Source: Candidatus Onthoplasma sp.
GTDB taxonomy: Bacteria > Bacillota > Clostridia > Christensenellales > UBA1242
Assembly (NCBI GenBank): GCA_045126575.1
Contig: JBGVOQ010000006.1
Span: forward strand, 36,498 to 100,497
Length of the DNA stretch: 64,000 nucleotides
Direction: 5' to 3'
Of the stretch, positions 35,625-44,240 are shown in pieces (position 1 is the stretch's first letter; every line of letters begins with the position of its first letter). The position numbers and the translations under genes were made by a program. Under the pieces are notes generated by a model. That model made no database searches, was not told the origin of the DNA, and was given only the letters and a program-made list of their open reading frames with translations.

Positions 35625-36056
35625 ATGAAATGTGTATTTTGTGGCTGTAAGGATAATAAGGTTGTAGATAGCCGATATTTAAAGGATACTGCCATTCGTA
35701 GACGTAGAGAATGTATTAATTGTGGTAAGCGTTTTACAACATACGAAACTGTTGAATCTAGCCCAATGATTGTAACTAATGTTCTTAACGAGCGTGAGCC
35801 TTTTAAGATTGATAAGTTAATCGAAAGTTTAAAGTATGCAACATATTGCCAAAATATTAGCGATGTTCAAGAGTTGGCAGACTCTATCGAGCGTGATTTA
35901 TTAGCGCTTAATAGTCAAGAAATTACAACTATGGATATTGTAAAGGTTGCAATTGATAAAATAAGCGAGGTGGACAACATCTCTGCGCTAGTATATTATA
36001 CTCAACACACAGATTGTTCTAATTTTGAGGACGTGCGTAAATTTATAAACAATTAG
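35625..36056 (+). CDS. nrdR: Transcriptional repressor NrdR
   Basis: MKCVFCG..VVDSR....RRRRECINCGKRFTTYE zinc ribbon + ATP-cone. Confidence 0.95.
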   Translation: MKCVFCGCKDNKVVDSRYLKDTAIRRRRECINCGKRFTTYETVESSPMIVTNVLNEREPFKIDKLIESLKYATYCQNISDVQELADSIERDLLALNSQEITTMDIVKVAIDKISEVDNISALVYYTQHTDCSNFEDVRKFINN

Positions 36057-36135
36057 GGTTAAAGCCCTTTTTTGTTGAGGTTTAGTATTGACTATAATAT
36101 AATATTGTGATAAAATAAAATTATTGGAGAAAATT

Positions 36136-37716
36136 ATGATAACAGTAAGTGGTGTAAGTTTACAATTTGGAAGTAGAAAATTATTTGAAGATGTAAATCT
36201 TAAATTTAATAAGGGCAATTGCTATGGTGTTATTGGTGCTAATGGTGCTGGTAAGTCTACATTTATGAAGATTTTATCTGGCGAAATTGAACCTAATAAG
36301 GGCGAGGTGATAATCCCTAAAACTGAACGTTTGTCAGTATTAGAGCAAAATCAGGAAAAATACAACGATTGCACTGCAATTCGTACCGTTTTACTTGGAC
36401 ACAAGCGCCTTGTAGAACTAATGGACGAGCAGGAAATGTATTATGCGAAGGGCGACCTAACTGATGAGGAAGGTGAAAAACTTGCATATTTAACTCAAGA
36501 GTTCATGGACATGAATGGCTGGGAAGCGGAAAGTGAGGCACAAGCGTTACTAAACTCACTAGACGTGCCAAGCGATTTGCACTATGAGTTAATGGCTAAT
36601 ATTGATAGCAAAATCAAGGTTAAAATTTTGCTTGCTCAAGCATTATTTTCTAACCCTGATAATCTAATTTTGGACGAACCTACCAACAACTTGGACGTAA
36701 AAACTATCCGTTGGCTTGAAAACTTTATATTAAATTTTGAAAATACAGTTATCATCGTATCCCACAACCGTCACTTTTTAAACAAAGTGTGTACCAATAT
36801 CTGCGATATCGACTATGGCAAAATTAATATGTTTGTAGGTAACTACGATTTCTGGTACGAATCTAGCCAATTAATGCTTCGTCAAATGAAGGACCAAAAC
36901 AAGAAGGCAGAACAACGTGCTAAGGAATTACAGGAATTTATTGCAAGATTCTCTGCTAATGCAAGTAAAAGCCGCCAAGCAACCAGCCGTAAAAAGGAGT
37001 TGGAACGCCTTACCATCGAAGATTTAAAGCCAAGCAGCCGTAAGTATCCATATATCGACTTTAAGTTTGAAGGCCGTATCGGTAACGATATTTTAATGGT
37101 TAAAAACTTAAGTAAGGAAGGATTGTTTAGCAACGTGTCGTTTACCTTGCATAAAGATGAAAAGGTGGCTTTAATATCTCAAAACAGCTCAGTTGTTAAG
37201 GCAGTTTGCGATATTCTTGCAGGTGTTGATAAAGATTACACCGGTCAAGTTATTTGGGGTAAAACAATCAACCCAACTTATCTTCCTCAAGATAATAACG
37301 AGTTTTTCGAAAATTATGATGGGAACCTTGTACAATGGATTAGTCAATTTACCAAGGAAACCGAAGCGTCATTCCTACGTGGCTGGTTAGGCCGTATGCT
37401 ATTTAGCGGTGAAGAGGCTGAAAAGTCTGCAAAAGTATTATCTGGTGGCGAAAAAGTTCGTTGTATGCTAGCTCGTATGATGTTGATTGGTGGCAACTTC
37501 CTAATTATGGATGAGCCAACTAACCACCTTGACCTTGAATCTATTACCGCGCTAAATAAGGGTATGGAACGTTTTGAGGGTAATATGATATTTGCAACTC
37601 ATGATGAAGAAATTATTTCAACCGTTGCTAATCGTATTATTCGTATTAATTCAACTATCGAATATGACAAAAACATTTCTTACGAAGATTATTTAACCGA
37701 ACAAGAAGGCAAATAA
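36136..37716 (+). CDS. ABC-F family ATPase (YbiT-like) with one degenerate composite ATP site
   Basis: NBD1 Walker A GANGAGKST; linker FSANASKSRQATSR; NBD2 signature LSGGEK and Walker B LIMDEPTNHLD. The NBD2 Walker A is SQNSSVVKA and the NBD1 signature region is NIDSKIKVK. Confidence 0.9.
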   Translation: MITVSGVSLQFGSRKLFEDVNLKFNKGNCYGVIGANGAGKSTFMKILSGEIEPNKGEVIIPKTERLSVLEQNQEKYNDCTAIRTVLLGHKRLVELMDEQEMYYAKGDLTDEEGEKLAYLTQEFMDMNGWEAESEAQALLNSLDVPSDLHYELMANIDSKIKVKILLAQALFSNPDNLILDEPTNNLDVKTIRWLENFILNFENTVIIVSHNRHFLNKVCTNICDIDYGKINMFVGNYDFWYESSQLMLRQMKDQNKKAEQRAKELQEFIARFSANASKSRQATSRKKELERLTIEDLKPSSRKYPYIDFKFEGRIGNDILMVKNLSKEGLFSNVSFTLHKDEKVALISQNSSVVKAVCDILAGVDKDYTGQVIWGKTINPTYLPQDNNEFFENYDGNLVQWISQFTKETEASFLRGWLGRMLFSGEEAEKSAKVLSGGEKVRCMLARMMLIGGNFLIMDEPTNHLDLESITALNKGMERFEGNMIFATHDEEIISTVANRIIRINSTIEYDKNISYEDYLTEQEGK

Positions 37717-37718
37717 AA

Positions 37719-37751
37719 ACAAAAAATCTCCTAATTCTAGGAGATTTTTTT
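37719..37751. terminator. Bidirectional Rho-independent terminator
   Basis: A-run, aatctcct-aattct-aggagatt, T-run. Confidence 0.75.
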
Positions 37752-37754
37752 GTA

Positions 37755-38975
37755 TTACTTTTCGGCTGTGTCGGTAGTAAATGTTTCCTGTTTTGGTTTT
37801 TTAACTTCAGTTTTTTCTTTCACTACTTTATCAAGTTCTTTAGCGCTAGTTTCGGCTGTTGTAATTTTTTCATCACTAACAGATACTTCTTCTACAATTT
37901 CAGCCTTAGGCGCTGGTTTTGGAGTAGTTGCTTTTGGCCTTTTAAGCGATTTGTAGAAAATTTCACCTTCGTGTGATTGGAAGTACACGCCAAGTATATG
38001 TTTACGGCGGGAATTGATAATTGTATATGCTGCACGCTTACGTGCACCACCGATTACGTTTTTGGTACGCTTAATGTTACTTTCGACAAATACATTGTAT
38101 GCAAGAACTCTACCAGTTGTATCCACTACAGTTATACCATCAAAGTTAAGCATGTTTATAAATAGGGTAGCAAAGGCTTGCAGTTTTTCTTCACTATAAC
38201 TTTTGCTTTGAGTAAACAATTTGCTAAACGAAATAGGATTTTCCAACCAAATACCGTCTTCAAAGAAACCGTTATCCTTGTAGTCCTTATCAACTATTAC
38301 GCACATTGCGCCATTAAGGTCTTCAATAACCTTGTTAAATATGTTGTAGAACATTATATGAACTTCATCTAACTTCTTCTTAGTAGTACGAAGTTTTGAG
38401 AAGCAGTCCTTGGTAAATTCGGCAATCGTTTGATTTTTATCTACATCATGTGATGCGTGTAGTGAGGTATTGATGCGAATGGTGTTGCCGTGGGTGCTAA
38501 ACAAACTCATTTCAAAATCACTAATACTTTCAGCAACAATACAATTAATCTTGTCGGCACGATCAAGTAGGTAAGTGCTTTGCTTAATTTCGGTAATCAA
38601 ACTTTTTTCCTTAAGGCTGTTAAATGTTTTACAAATTCCGTATGTAAATTTATCATCCTTATTTTCAATATAAATACACCATTCCTTTTTTGCAATGGCG
38701 ATAAGAGGCTTTAATCTACTATTAAACATAATAGCATCATCATCTTCAAACACTTGAAGTTTGTATGCTTTTGGGATTGTTTTTAGTACTGCATCAATAT
38801 TGTTGGTAAACAAAATTTTAGGTTTGGTATGGGTGCCTTCTTCACGATAATCCAAAAGTTCGTTAAAACTATTTAAAAAATGTGACAAAAGCATCGAGTC
38901 AAAATTTTTGTACTCGTTGTTGATAAATTTAATTAAGTCGGTTCTTCCTTGTTCAAATATTGTAACATTTTCCAT
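37755..38975 (-). CDS. Protein with an unknown N-terminal domain and a divergent DisA_N/DAC-fold (diadenylate-cyclase-like) C-terminal domain plus a Lys/Glu-rich tail
   Basis: NGAMCVIVD ... NFDGITVVDTTGRVLAYNVFV ... GGARKRAAYTI ... ILGVYFQSHEGEIFY parallels DAC blocks GALIVI / HDGAVII..G.I.AA / GTRHRAA / VVSEETG.IS. Confidence 0.55.
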   Translation of the reverse strand: MENVTIFEQGRTDLIKFINNEYKNFDSMLLSHFLNSFNELLDYREEGTHTKPKILFTNNIDAVLKTIPKAYKLQVFEDDDAIMFNSRLKPLIAIAKKEWCIYIENKDDKFTYGICKTFNSLKEKSLITEIKQSTYLLDRADKINCIVAESISDFEMSLFSTHGNTIRINTSLHASHDVDKNQTIAEFTKDCFSKLRTTKKKLDEVHIMFYNIFNKVIEDLNGAMCVIVDKDYKDNGFFEDGIWLENPISFSKLFTQSKSYSEEKLQAFATLFINMLNFDGITVVDTTGRVLAYNVFVESNIKRTKNVIGGARKRAAYTIINSRRKHILGVYFQSHEGEIFYKSLKRPKATTPKPAPKAEIVEEVSVSDEKITTAETSAKELDKVVKEKTEVKKPKQETFTTDTAEK

Positions 38976-39170
38976 CTAAAAATTCCCCCTTTAAAATTTT
39001 TATTGTGCAAGTATTAAAAGTGTACGGCAGCCAAACACGCTGGCAATCAAACAGCGTACAAAAAAATTTATAAAAACAAATCTATATTATTAATACACTA
39101 GCAAAAATATTTACAAAAATCAAATAAATTTTACAACTTTTTAAATATTTTATAAAAATATTGCATATAT

Positions 39171-39404
39171 TTGGGTATGACGATATATGATTGCAATAAA
39201 TATGAGGAATTTTGCATTAAACAATTAAATATTTCTGACCCCAAACTAAAACTAAGATTGTATGAAATTGGTTTTTTTGTCGGCTCAAAAATCAAGGTAC
39301 TTAATAAATCATTTTTAAACAAAACTCTGCTTGTAAATGTGCTGGATTCATGTTTTACAATCAAAGGAGATGTTGCAAAATTGATAGAGGTTGATTATGC
39401 GTAA
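39171..39404 (+). CDS. feoA: Ferrous iron transport protein A
   Basis: FeoA SH3-like pattern RLYEIGFFVGSKIKVLNK...VNVLDSCFTIKGDVAKLIEV; overlaps feoB. Confidence 0.8.
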   Translation: MGMTIYDCNKYEEFCIKQLNISDPKLKLRLYEIGFFVGSKIKVLNKSFLNKTLLVNVLDSCFTIKGDVAKLIEVDYA

Positions 39405-41394
39405 AGTGTATATTGTTGGCAATCCTAATAGTGGCAAAACAACCTTATTTAACTCGCTAACTAAAAGCTCGGAACATACCGGAAATTGGCATGGTGTAAC
39501 CGTTGAAAAAACAAGCAAAATAATTAAGTTTAAATCAAACGAATACGAAATTATTGACCTGCCAGGAATATATAGTTTAAATCCTTTTTCGTTAGAGGAA
39601 AATATTAGTATTAACGAAATTAATTCTAGTGTAGATGAACAGATTTTATACCTACTAGATGCAAACAATTTTAAACGCAGTATGCTGCTTGCAATCAACC
39701 TTTTAATGCTAGGCAAAAATATAAAAATTTTAATTAATAATTATAATAAATTTTCAAAGTCCGGAGGTGAAATAGATGTTAAATATTTGCAGCGAATTTT
39801 GGGTTGTGAGGTGGAGATTATTGATGCAAGAGAAATAAAACTTAAGGAAGATTTTTTTAGCTTTAAAACAACGCTAACACCATTTATAAAAACACTGTTT
39901 AATGAACTGAATTCTAAGCAAGAAAATATGTCAAATAATTCATTAAATAATCAGTGCAAAAATGCACAGGAAAATAAAAAATATAAAAATATAGAAACCG
40001 TATATAAATATATATTAAAAATTGCAAATAATGCCATAAAAAATAAAAATATAATTTACGGATACGGCAAATTTGACAAGAATATGCTTAAAATAAGTAT
40101 ATTTTTACCAATTTTTATTTTATTTATTTTTGGTGTAATTTATTTAGTATTTTTTCTTATTGGTCCAATTATTGGTGATTTATTTTTAAAATTGTTGCAA
40201 GTCATAATTCAAAAACCAATTATGGCAATACTAAAAGCTTCTACCAATTCTAGGTTTGTTTTGGCGCTATTTGAGGAGGGTGTTTTTGGTGCGTGTTTTG
40301 GTGTTTTGGGATTTCTTCCTCAGATATGTTTGATGTATATAGCATTGACTTTTTTTGAAAGTTCTGGTCTTGTTTCTCGCATGGCATTTTTACTAGATGA
40401 TGTGCTGCAAAAAGTTGGATTAAATGGTAAAATTGTTTACTCACTTTTAATGGGGTTTGGGTGCTCTACAACGGCGACTTTAACCACTCAAAATATGGTG
40501 GACAAAAACTCACAAATTAAATCTTCACTTTTAATTTCGTTTATAAGTTGCAGTGCAAAATTACCTATATATCTAACCATGGTTTTGGCATTATTTTCTA
40601 CCCTCGGAGTGTGGGTAATTTTTGGATTGTATTTACTTGGAATTGTGATAGCGGTATTGGTTGCAATTTTGTTGGAAAAAACAATTCTTCCAACAGGCAA
40701 AACAAATTTTATAATCGAATTTCCGCCACTGAGATTTCCAAAATTTTTTGAAATTTTTAATAGTGTAAAATCAACATGTAAACAATTTTTGGTAAAAGTG
40801 TTTGGAGTGATTTTTGGAGCGAGTGTTTTGATTTGGTTGCTAAGCAATATTAATATCAAATTTCAATACGTTGGCGAAACGTCAAAGTCGATACTATATA
40901 GTTTTAGCACTATCATATCTTGGCTGTTTAAACCAATTGGACTTAACAACCCTAATATAATCTGTGCACTACTGGTTGGTTTGGTTGCAAAAGAGTTGAT
41001 TTTATCCAGTTTCGCAATTAGTAATAAGGTTGCATCGGTATCAATGCTTGCTGCAAGTTTAACAGTTGCTGGAAATCCAATTTGCTTTAATATTGCTAGC
41101 GGACTTTCATTTTTGGTTTTTACATTACTATATTTTCCGTGTATCTCAACCTTTGGAGTGTTGTTAAAACAGGTGGGCGTAAAGTATACAGTTGTTGGTT
41201 GTGCAATGCAGCTTAGTGTTGCATATATTTCATCATACGTTGTTTACAATATCGCAACTAAAGGCTTTGTGCAGCTTATGGTTGGATTGGTGGTTGCCTT
41301 GGTTTGTTTTGTAAGCATAAAACTTATGTATCAAAGATACAAAGATAAAAAGTTATTTTGCAATTGCGTAAATTGTAACAAATGTAAAAAATAA
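39397..41394 (+). CDS. feoB: Ferrous iron transporter FeoB with a fused C-terminal TM + Cys-rich tail
   Basis: GNPNSGKTTLFN G-domain, polytopic membrane domain, tail ...KKLFCNCVNCNKCKK. Confidence 0.95.
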   Translation: MRKVYIVGNPNSGKTTLFNSLTKSSEHTGNWHGVTVEKTSKIIKFKSNEYEIIDLPGIYSLNPFSLEENISINEINSSVDEQILYLLDANNFKRSMLLAINLLMLGKNIKILINNYNKFSKSGGEIDVKYLQRILGCEVEIIDAREIKLKEDFFSFKTTLTPFIKTLFNELNSKQENMSNNSLNNQCKNAQENKKYKNIETVYKYILKIANNAIKNKNIIYGYGKFDKNMLKISIFLPIFILFIFGVIYLVFFLIGPIIGDLFLKLLQVIIQKPIMAILKASTNSRFVLALFEEGVFGACFGVLGFLPQICLMYIALTFFESSGLVSRMAFLLDDVLQKVGLNGKIVYSLLMGFGCSTTATLTTQNMVDKNSQIKSSLLISFISCSAKLPIYLTMVLALFSTLGVWVIFGLYLLGIVIAVLVAILLEKTILPTGKTNFIIEFPPLRFPKFFEIFNSVKSTCKQFLVKVFGVIFGASVLIWLLSNINIKFQYVGETSKSILYSFSTIISWLFKPIGLNNPNIICALLVGLVAKELILSSFAISNKVASVSMLAASLTVAGNPICFNIASGLSFLVFTLLYFPCISTFGVLLKQVGVKYTVVGCAMQLSVAYISSYVVYNIATKGFVQLMVGLVVALVCFVSIKLMYQRYKDKKLFCNCVNCNKCKK

Positions 41395-41422
41395 AACAGG
41401 TAATTTGTTTTGCCTGTTTTTT
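41394..41422 (+). terminator. Rho-independent terminator
   Basis: aaacagg-loop-cctgttt + T-run. Confidence 0.7.
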
Positions 41423-41630
41423 GTGTTATAAAAAAATAATCTCATCTCATTGCACTATTGGGTTTATATAAAAGTGCTAAAAAGGTTGCTTTTGTGGAAG
41501 TGTGCAAATTTTCAATTTTAGAGTTTTGATTTAAAAGTTTTTAAATAATGGTTGAAAATTGAGGGGATATTTGTTATAATAATAAGGATAATGGTTCAAT
41601 CGGTTAGGATTGGTTAAAAGAGGTGATGGT

Positions 41631-42950
41631 ATGAATAAGCCAATAGTTGCAATTGTAGGAAAACCCAATGTTGGTAAAAGTACATTTTTTAATAAAGTTG
41701 TAGGTCGCAGGATTAGCATTGTGGAAGATACTCCAGGTGTTACACGTGACCGTATTTTTGCAGATGCTACATGGTGTGGCTATGCATTTACTATGGTAGA
41801 TACTGGTGGTTTGGATTTTGAAGCCAAAGATGAAATTAATGCAAATATTTTGGAACAAGCTCAACTTGCAATTGACGTGGCAGATGTAATTGTATTTTTT
41901 GTAGACGGCCGTGAAGGTATGACAGCGCAAGATAAAGAAGTGGCTGCATATTTGCGTAAGGCAAAGGCACCTAAAATTTTGGCTGTAAACAAACTTGATA
42001 ATTATGAGGTAGAAAAAACTTACGAATTTTATGATTTAGGTTTGGGTGAGCCTTATGGTGTGTCGGTAGAGCACGGTAAGGGTGTTGGTGATTTGTTGGA
42101 CGCTATTGTGGCTCAAATTAAACAAATACCAGAAACTGAGGCAAACAAAGGTCTTAAACTTGCTATCGTTGGTAAACCTAATGCGGGTAAAAGCACACTT
42201 ACCAATTATTTGGTTGGTGAAAAGCGTGTGGCGGTAAGTAGTATTGCAGGGACTACTCGTGATGCTATTGAAGTGCCGTTTAGATATAACAATGAGGATT
42301 ATATTATTATTGATACGGCAGGATTAAGAAGAAAAAGCAAAATTGAGCCATCAAGTATCGAGCGTTATAGTGCGGTGCGTAGCCTTGATGCTATTGCTAG
42401 ATGTGATGTGGCGTTGCTTGTGATTGATGCAGAGCAAGGTATAACCGAACAAGATGTTAAGATCGCTGGACTAATTCATGAGCAGGGTAAGCCTAGTGTT
42501 ATTGTTGTAAATAAGTGGGATTTGGTTGATAAACAAACAGGTACGCTTGAAGCATTTAAAAAGCAAATGGAAGTAGACCTTATGTTTATGAAGTATTTTG
42601 TTCCAGTATTTATTTCTTGTAAGGAGCATAAACGTACCGGCAAGGTTATGGAGATGGTGGAAAAGGTATATAGCAATTCTACACGTGAAGTTACAATGGG
42701 ATTGTTTAATAATGTGCTGGTTAATGCTATTGGTATTACACAGCCACCAGTTAAAAATGGTCGTAGGTTGAAAATTACACACGGCAAGCAAAGCGGTACT
42801 TGCCCTCCAACGTTTGATATATATTGTAATGATGCATCAATTGCAGACACAAATTATACTAAATATTTGGAAAAATGTATTAGAAATGCCTTTGACTTTA
42901 GCGGTACACCAATCAAAATTCAATTTAAGTCACGTAATGAAAATGATTAA
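41631..42950 (+). CDS. der: Ribosome-associated GTPase Der/EngA
   Basis: Two G domains (GKPNVGKST, GKPNAGKST) + KH-like C-terminus. Confidence 0.95.
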   Translation: MNKPIVAIVGKPNVGKSTFFNKVVGRRISIVEDTPGVTRDRIFADATWCGYAFTMVDTGGLDFEAKDEINANILEQAQLAIDVADVIVFFVDGREGMTAQDKEVAAYLRKAKAPKILAVNKLDNYEVEKTYEFYDLGLGEPYGVSVEHGKGVGDLLDAIVAQIKQIPETEANKGLKLAIVGKPNAGKSTLTNYLVGEKRVAVSSIAGTTRDAIEVPFRYNNEDYIIIDTAGLRRKSKIEPSSIERYSAVRSLDAIARCDVALLVIDAEQGITEQDVKIAGLIHEQGKPSVIVVNKWDLVDKQTGTLEAFKKQMEVDLMFMKYFVPVFISCKEHKRTGKVMEMVEKVYSNSTREVTMGLFNNVLVNAIGITQPPVKNGRRLKITHGKQSGTCPPTFDIYCNDASIADTNYTKYLEKCIRNAFDFSGTPIKIQFKSRNEND

Positions 42951-43078
42951 AATTAAGCGCCTACATAATGTGGGCGTTTTTTGTTAAATATTATCCAATT
43001 TTAACAACTCTATCAAAATTGCTTGCTAAAAATTTAAAAGTTAGTTAATATGGTAGGTGTATAATAGGAAAGGTGTAT

Positions 43079-43882
43079 ATGAAAATTTTTTATTTAGTTA
43101 TTTTGGCTGTGTGTAGTTATTTGTTTGGTAATATTAATTTTGCTAAGATTATTTCAAGGTCTAAGAAAGATGATATTACAAAGCATGGTAGTGGTAATCC
43201 TGGAACGCTTAATATGTTGCGTACATTTGGTTTTAAGTGGGCGATATTTAATATGACTCTTGAAATACTTAAGGGCGTAGTGCCAACATTAATTGCAAAA
43301 CTTGTATTTAAGGATTTAGGTTTAAGCCAAATCGCTGTGTATGTAGCCGGTATATCAGTAATTTTAGGCCATATTTACCCGGTTTTTTCTAAGTTTAAGG
43401 GAGGAAAAGGCGTTGCTGCATTTGCAGGTTTTAGTTTTGTTGCACTTCCATGGTGGGTTGCATTAATTATTTTGGTTTGCTGCTTTACTTTTGTTGTTAT
43501 TACAAGTATCGGTTCTATTGGAACTCTTGGTTTTGTGCTAATTTCAGCAACAGTGCAATTTGTCCGCATTAACCCTTCAAATTATGGCTGGTTGTGCTAC
43601 ATTGCACTTGGATTTGTGGTAACATTAATTATGTTTGTGCACCGTGGAAATATCAAAAGATTGTTTGCTGGTAAGGAAAATCCTACCAATATTCGTGCAG
43701 CGTTTAAAAAGGATTTTAAACTAGGAAAATCTAAAGATACTGAGGTGCAGGAGTTAAAGGAAAATCCAGATGTTAAGCTTGATGAAAATACCAATAATCA
43801 ATCAGCAACTGATGCGACACGGGTTAAGATTTTAAGCGTTGAACAGTCTGCCGAAACAAGCGATAAAAGTGAAGATAAATAG
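43079..43882 (+). CDS. plsY: Glycerol-3-phosphate acyltransferase PlsY with a charged C-terminal extension of about 65 aa
   Basis: GSGNPGTLN, HIYPVF..FKGGKGVA. Confidence 0.9.
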   Translation: MKIFYLVILAVCSYLFGNINFAKIISRSKKDDITKHGSGNPGTLNMLRTFGFKWAIFNMTLEILKGVVPTLIAKLVFKDLGLSQIAVYVAGISVILGHIYPVFSKFKGGKGVAAFAGFSFVALPWWVALIILVCCFTFVVITSIGSIGTLGFVLISATVQFVRINPSNYGWLCYIALGFVVTLIMFVHRGNIKRLFAGKENPTNIRAAFKKDFKLGKSKDTEVQELKENPDVKLDENTNNQSATDATRVKILSVEQSAETSDKSEDK

Positions 43883-43956
43883 TATGTGAAAAGTTCTCCG
43901 GTTTGGAGGGCTTTTTTGTGCCTAAAAATCAATTTGTTTAAAAATATACTTAATTT

Positions 43957-44240
43957 ATTTTGACAAATGTTTAACATATATGTTAAAATGATTGTGAAAT
44001 TAGTAATGAATGACATAATATTTTGCAACTAAATCAAAATAATACAAAGGGGAAAACAGATGAAGGCAAAAAGAATAGCGATAGGGTTAGGTATTGCGGT
44101 AACTACCATTTTAGCGGTGGTTGTTGGCGTACTGGGATTTAATAAGGGTGGTAAAACTGAACCACAAATTTTTGCGCAACCGCATAACCAAGGATTGGTG
44201 GCAGAGGAGTTTAAACCAACCACATATTATTTTGATGATG
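43957..44240 (+). repeat. Conserved block shared with 16207-16490
   Basis: See 16207-16490. Confidence 0.85.
43960..43989 (+). promoter_or_regulatory. Second copy of the TTGACA-18-TAAAAT promoter with the 18-bp palindrome TTTAACATATATGTTAAA (43970-43987)
   Basis: Identical core to 16210-16239. Confidence 0.65.

Noticed and set aside
38976-39170. A Fur box upstream of feoA
   Set aside because: The region is AT-rich, but I could not find a convincing match to the GATAATGATAATCATTATC-type consensus by eye.
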